64,000 bases of DNA from Trichinella spiralis. Its lineage: Eukaryota. The notes under the pieces are model-generated. The model searched no databases. It saw only the letters and a list, made by a program, of their open reading frames with translations, and was not told where the DNA came from. The DNA lies in contig NW_003526945.1 of the NCBI RefSeq assembly GCF_000181795.1, positions 2,343,930 through 2,407,929 of the forward strand. The letters are read 5' to 3'. This document shows, piece after piece, positions 63,976 to 64,000 of the stretch (positions are counted from its first letter, which is position 1; each line of letters begins with the position of its first letter). The position numbers were made by a program, and so were the translations under genes.

Positions 63976-64000
63976 CTGAAAAAAAAGCTCTAATGTAATT

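Overview
AT-rich, intron-dense eukaryotic DNA with many 50-100 nt GT-AG introns, TTTCAG/TTTTAG acceptors and microsatellites. Gene content and architecture point to a nematode, most consistent with a clade I species such as Trichinella (inference). In order: a diverged ~1.34 kb tandem repeat (1-2.1 kb); a large multi-PDZ gene, mpz-1/MPDZ-like (-); Rictor (-), with an antisense secreted ShK-like plus DB-module gene nested in its 4.9 kb intron; COX15 (+), convergent with an intronless GC-rich PUS10 (-); an intronless divergent STAR/KH gene (+); a multi-exon gene (+) that I read as a stand-alone Nup358/RanBP2 N-terminal helical domain plus coiled coil, with no Ran-binding, zinc-finger or E3 modules; and two tightly spaced non-alpha nicotinic receptor genes (-), unc-29/lev-1-like and acr-2/acr-3-like. 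Exons were assembled by eye and homologies are from remembered motifs, not database searches.
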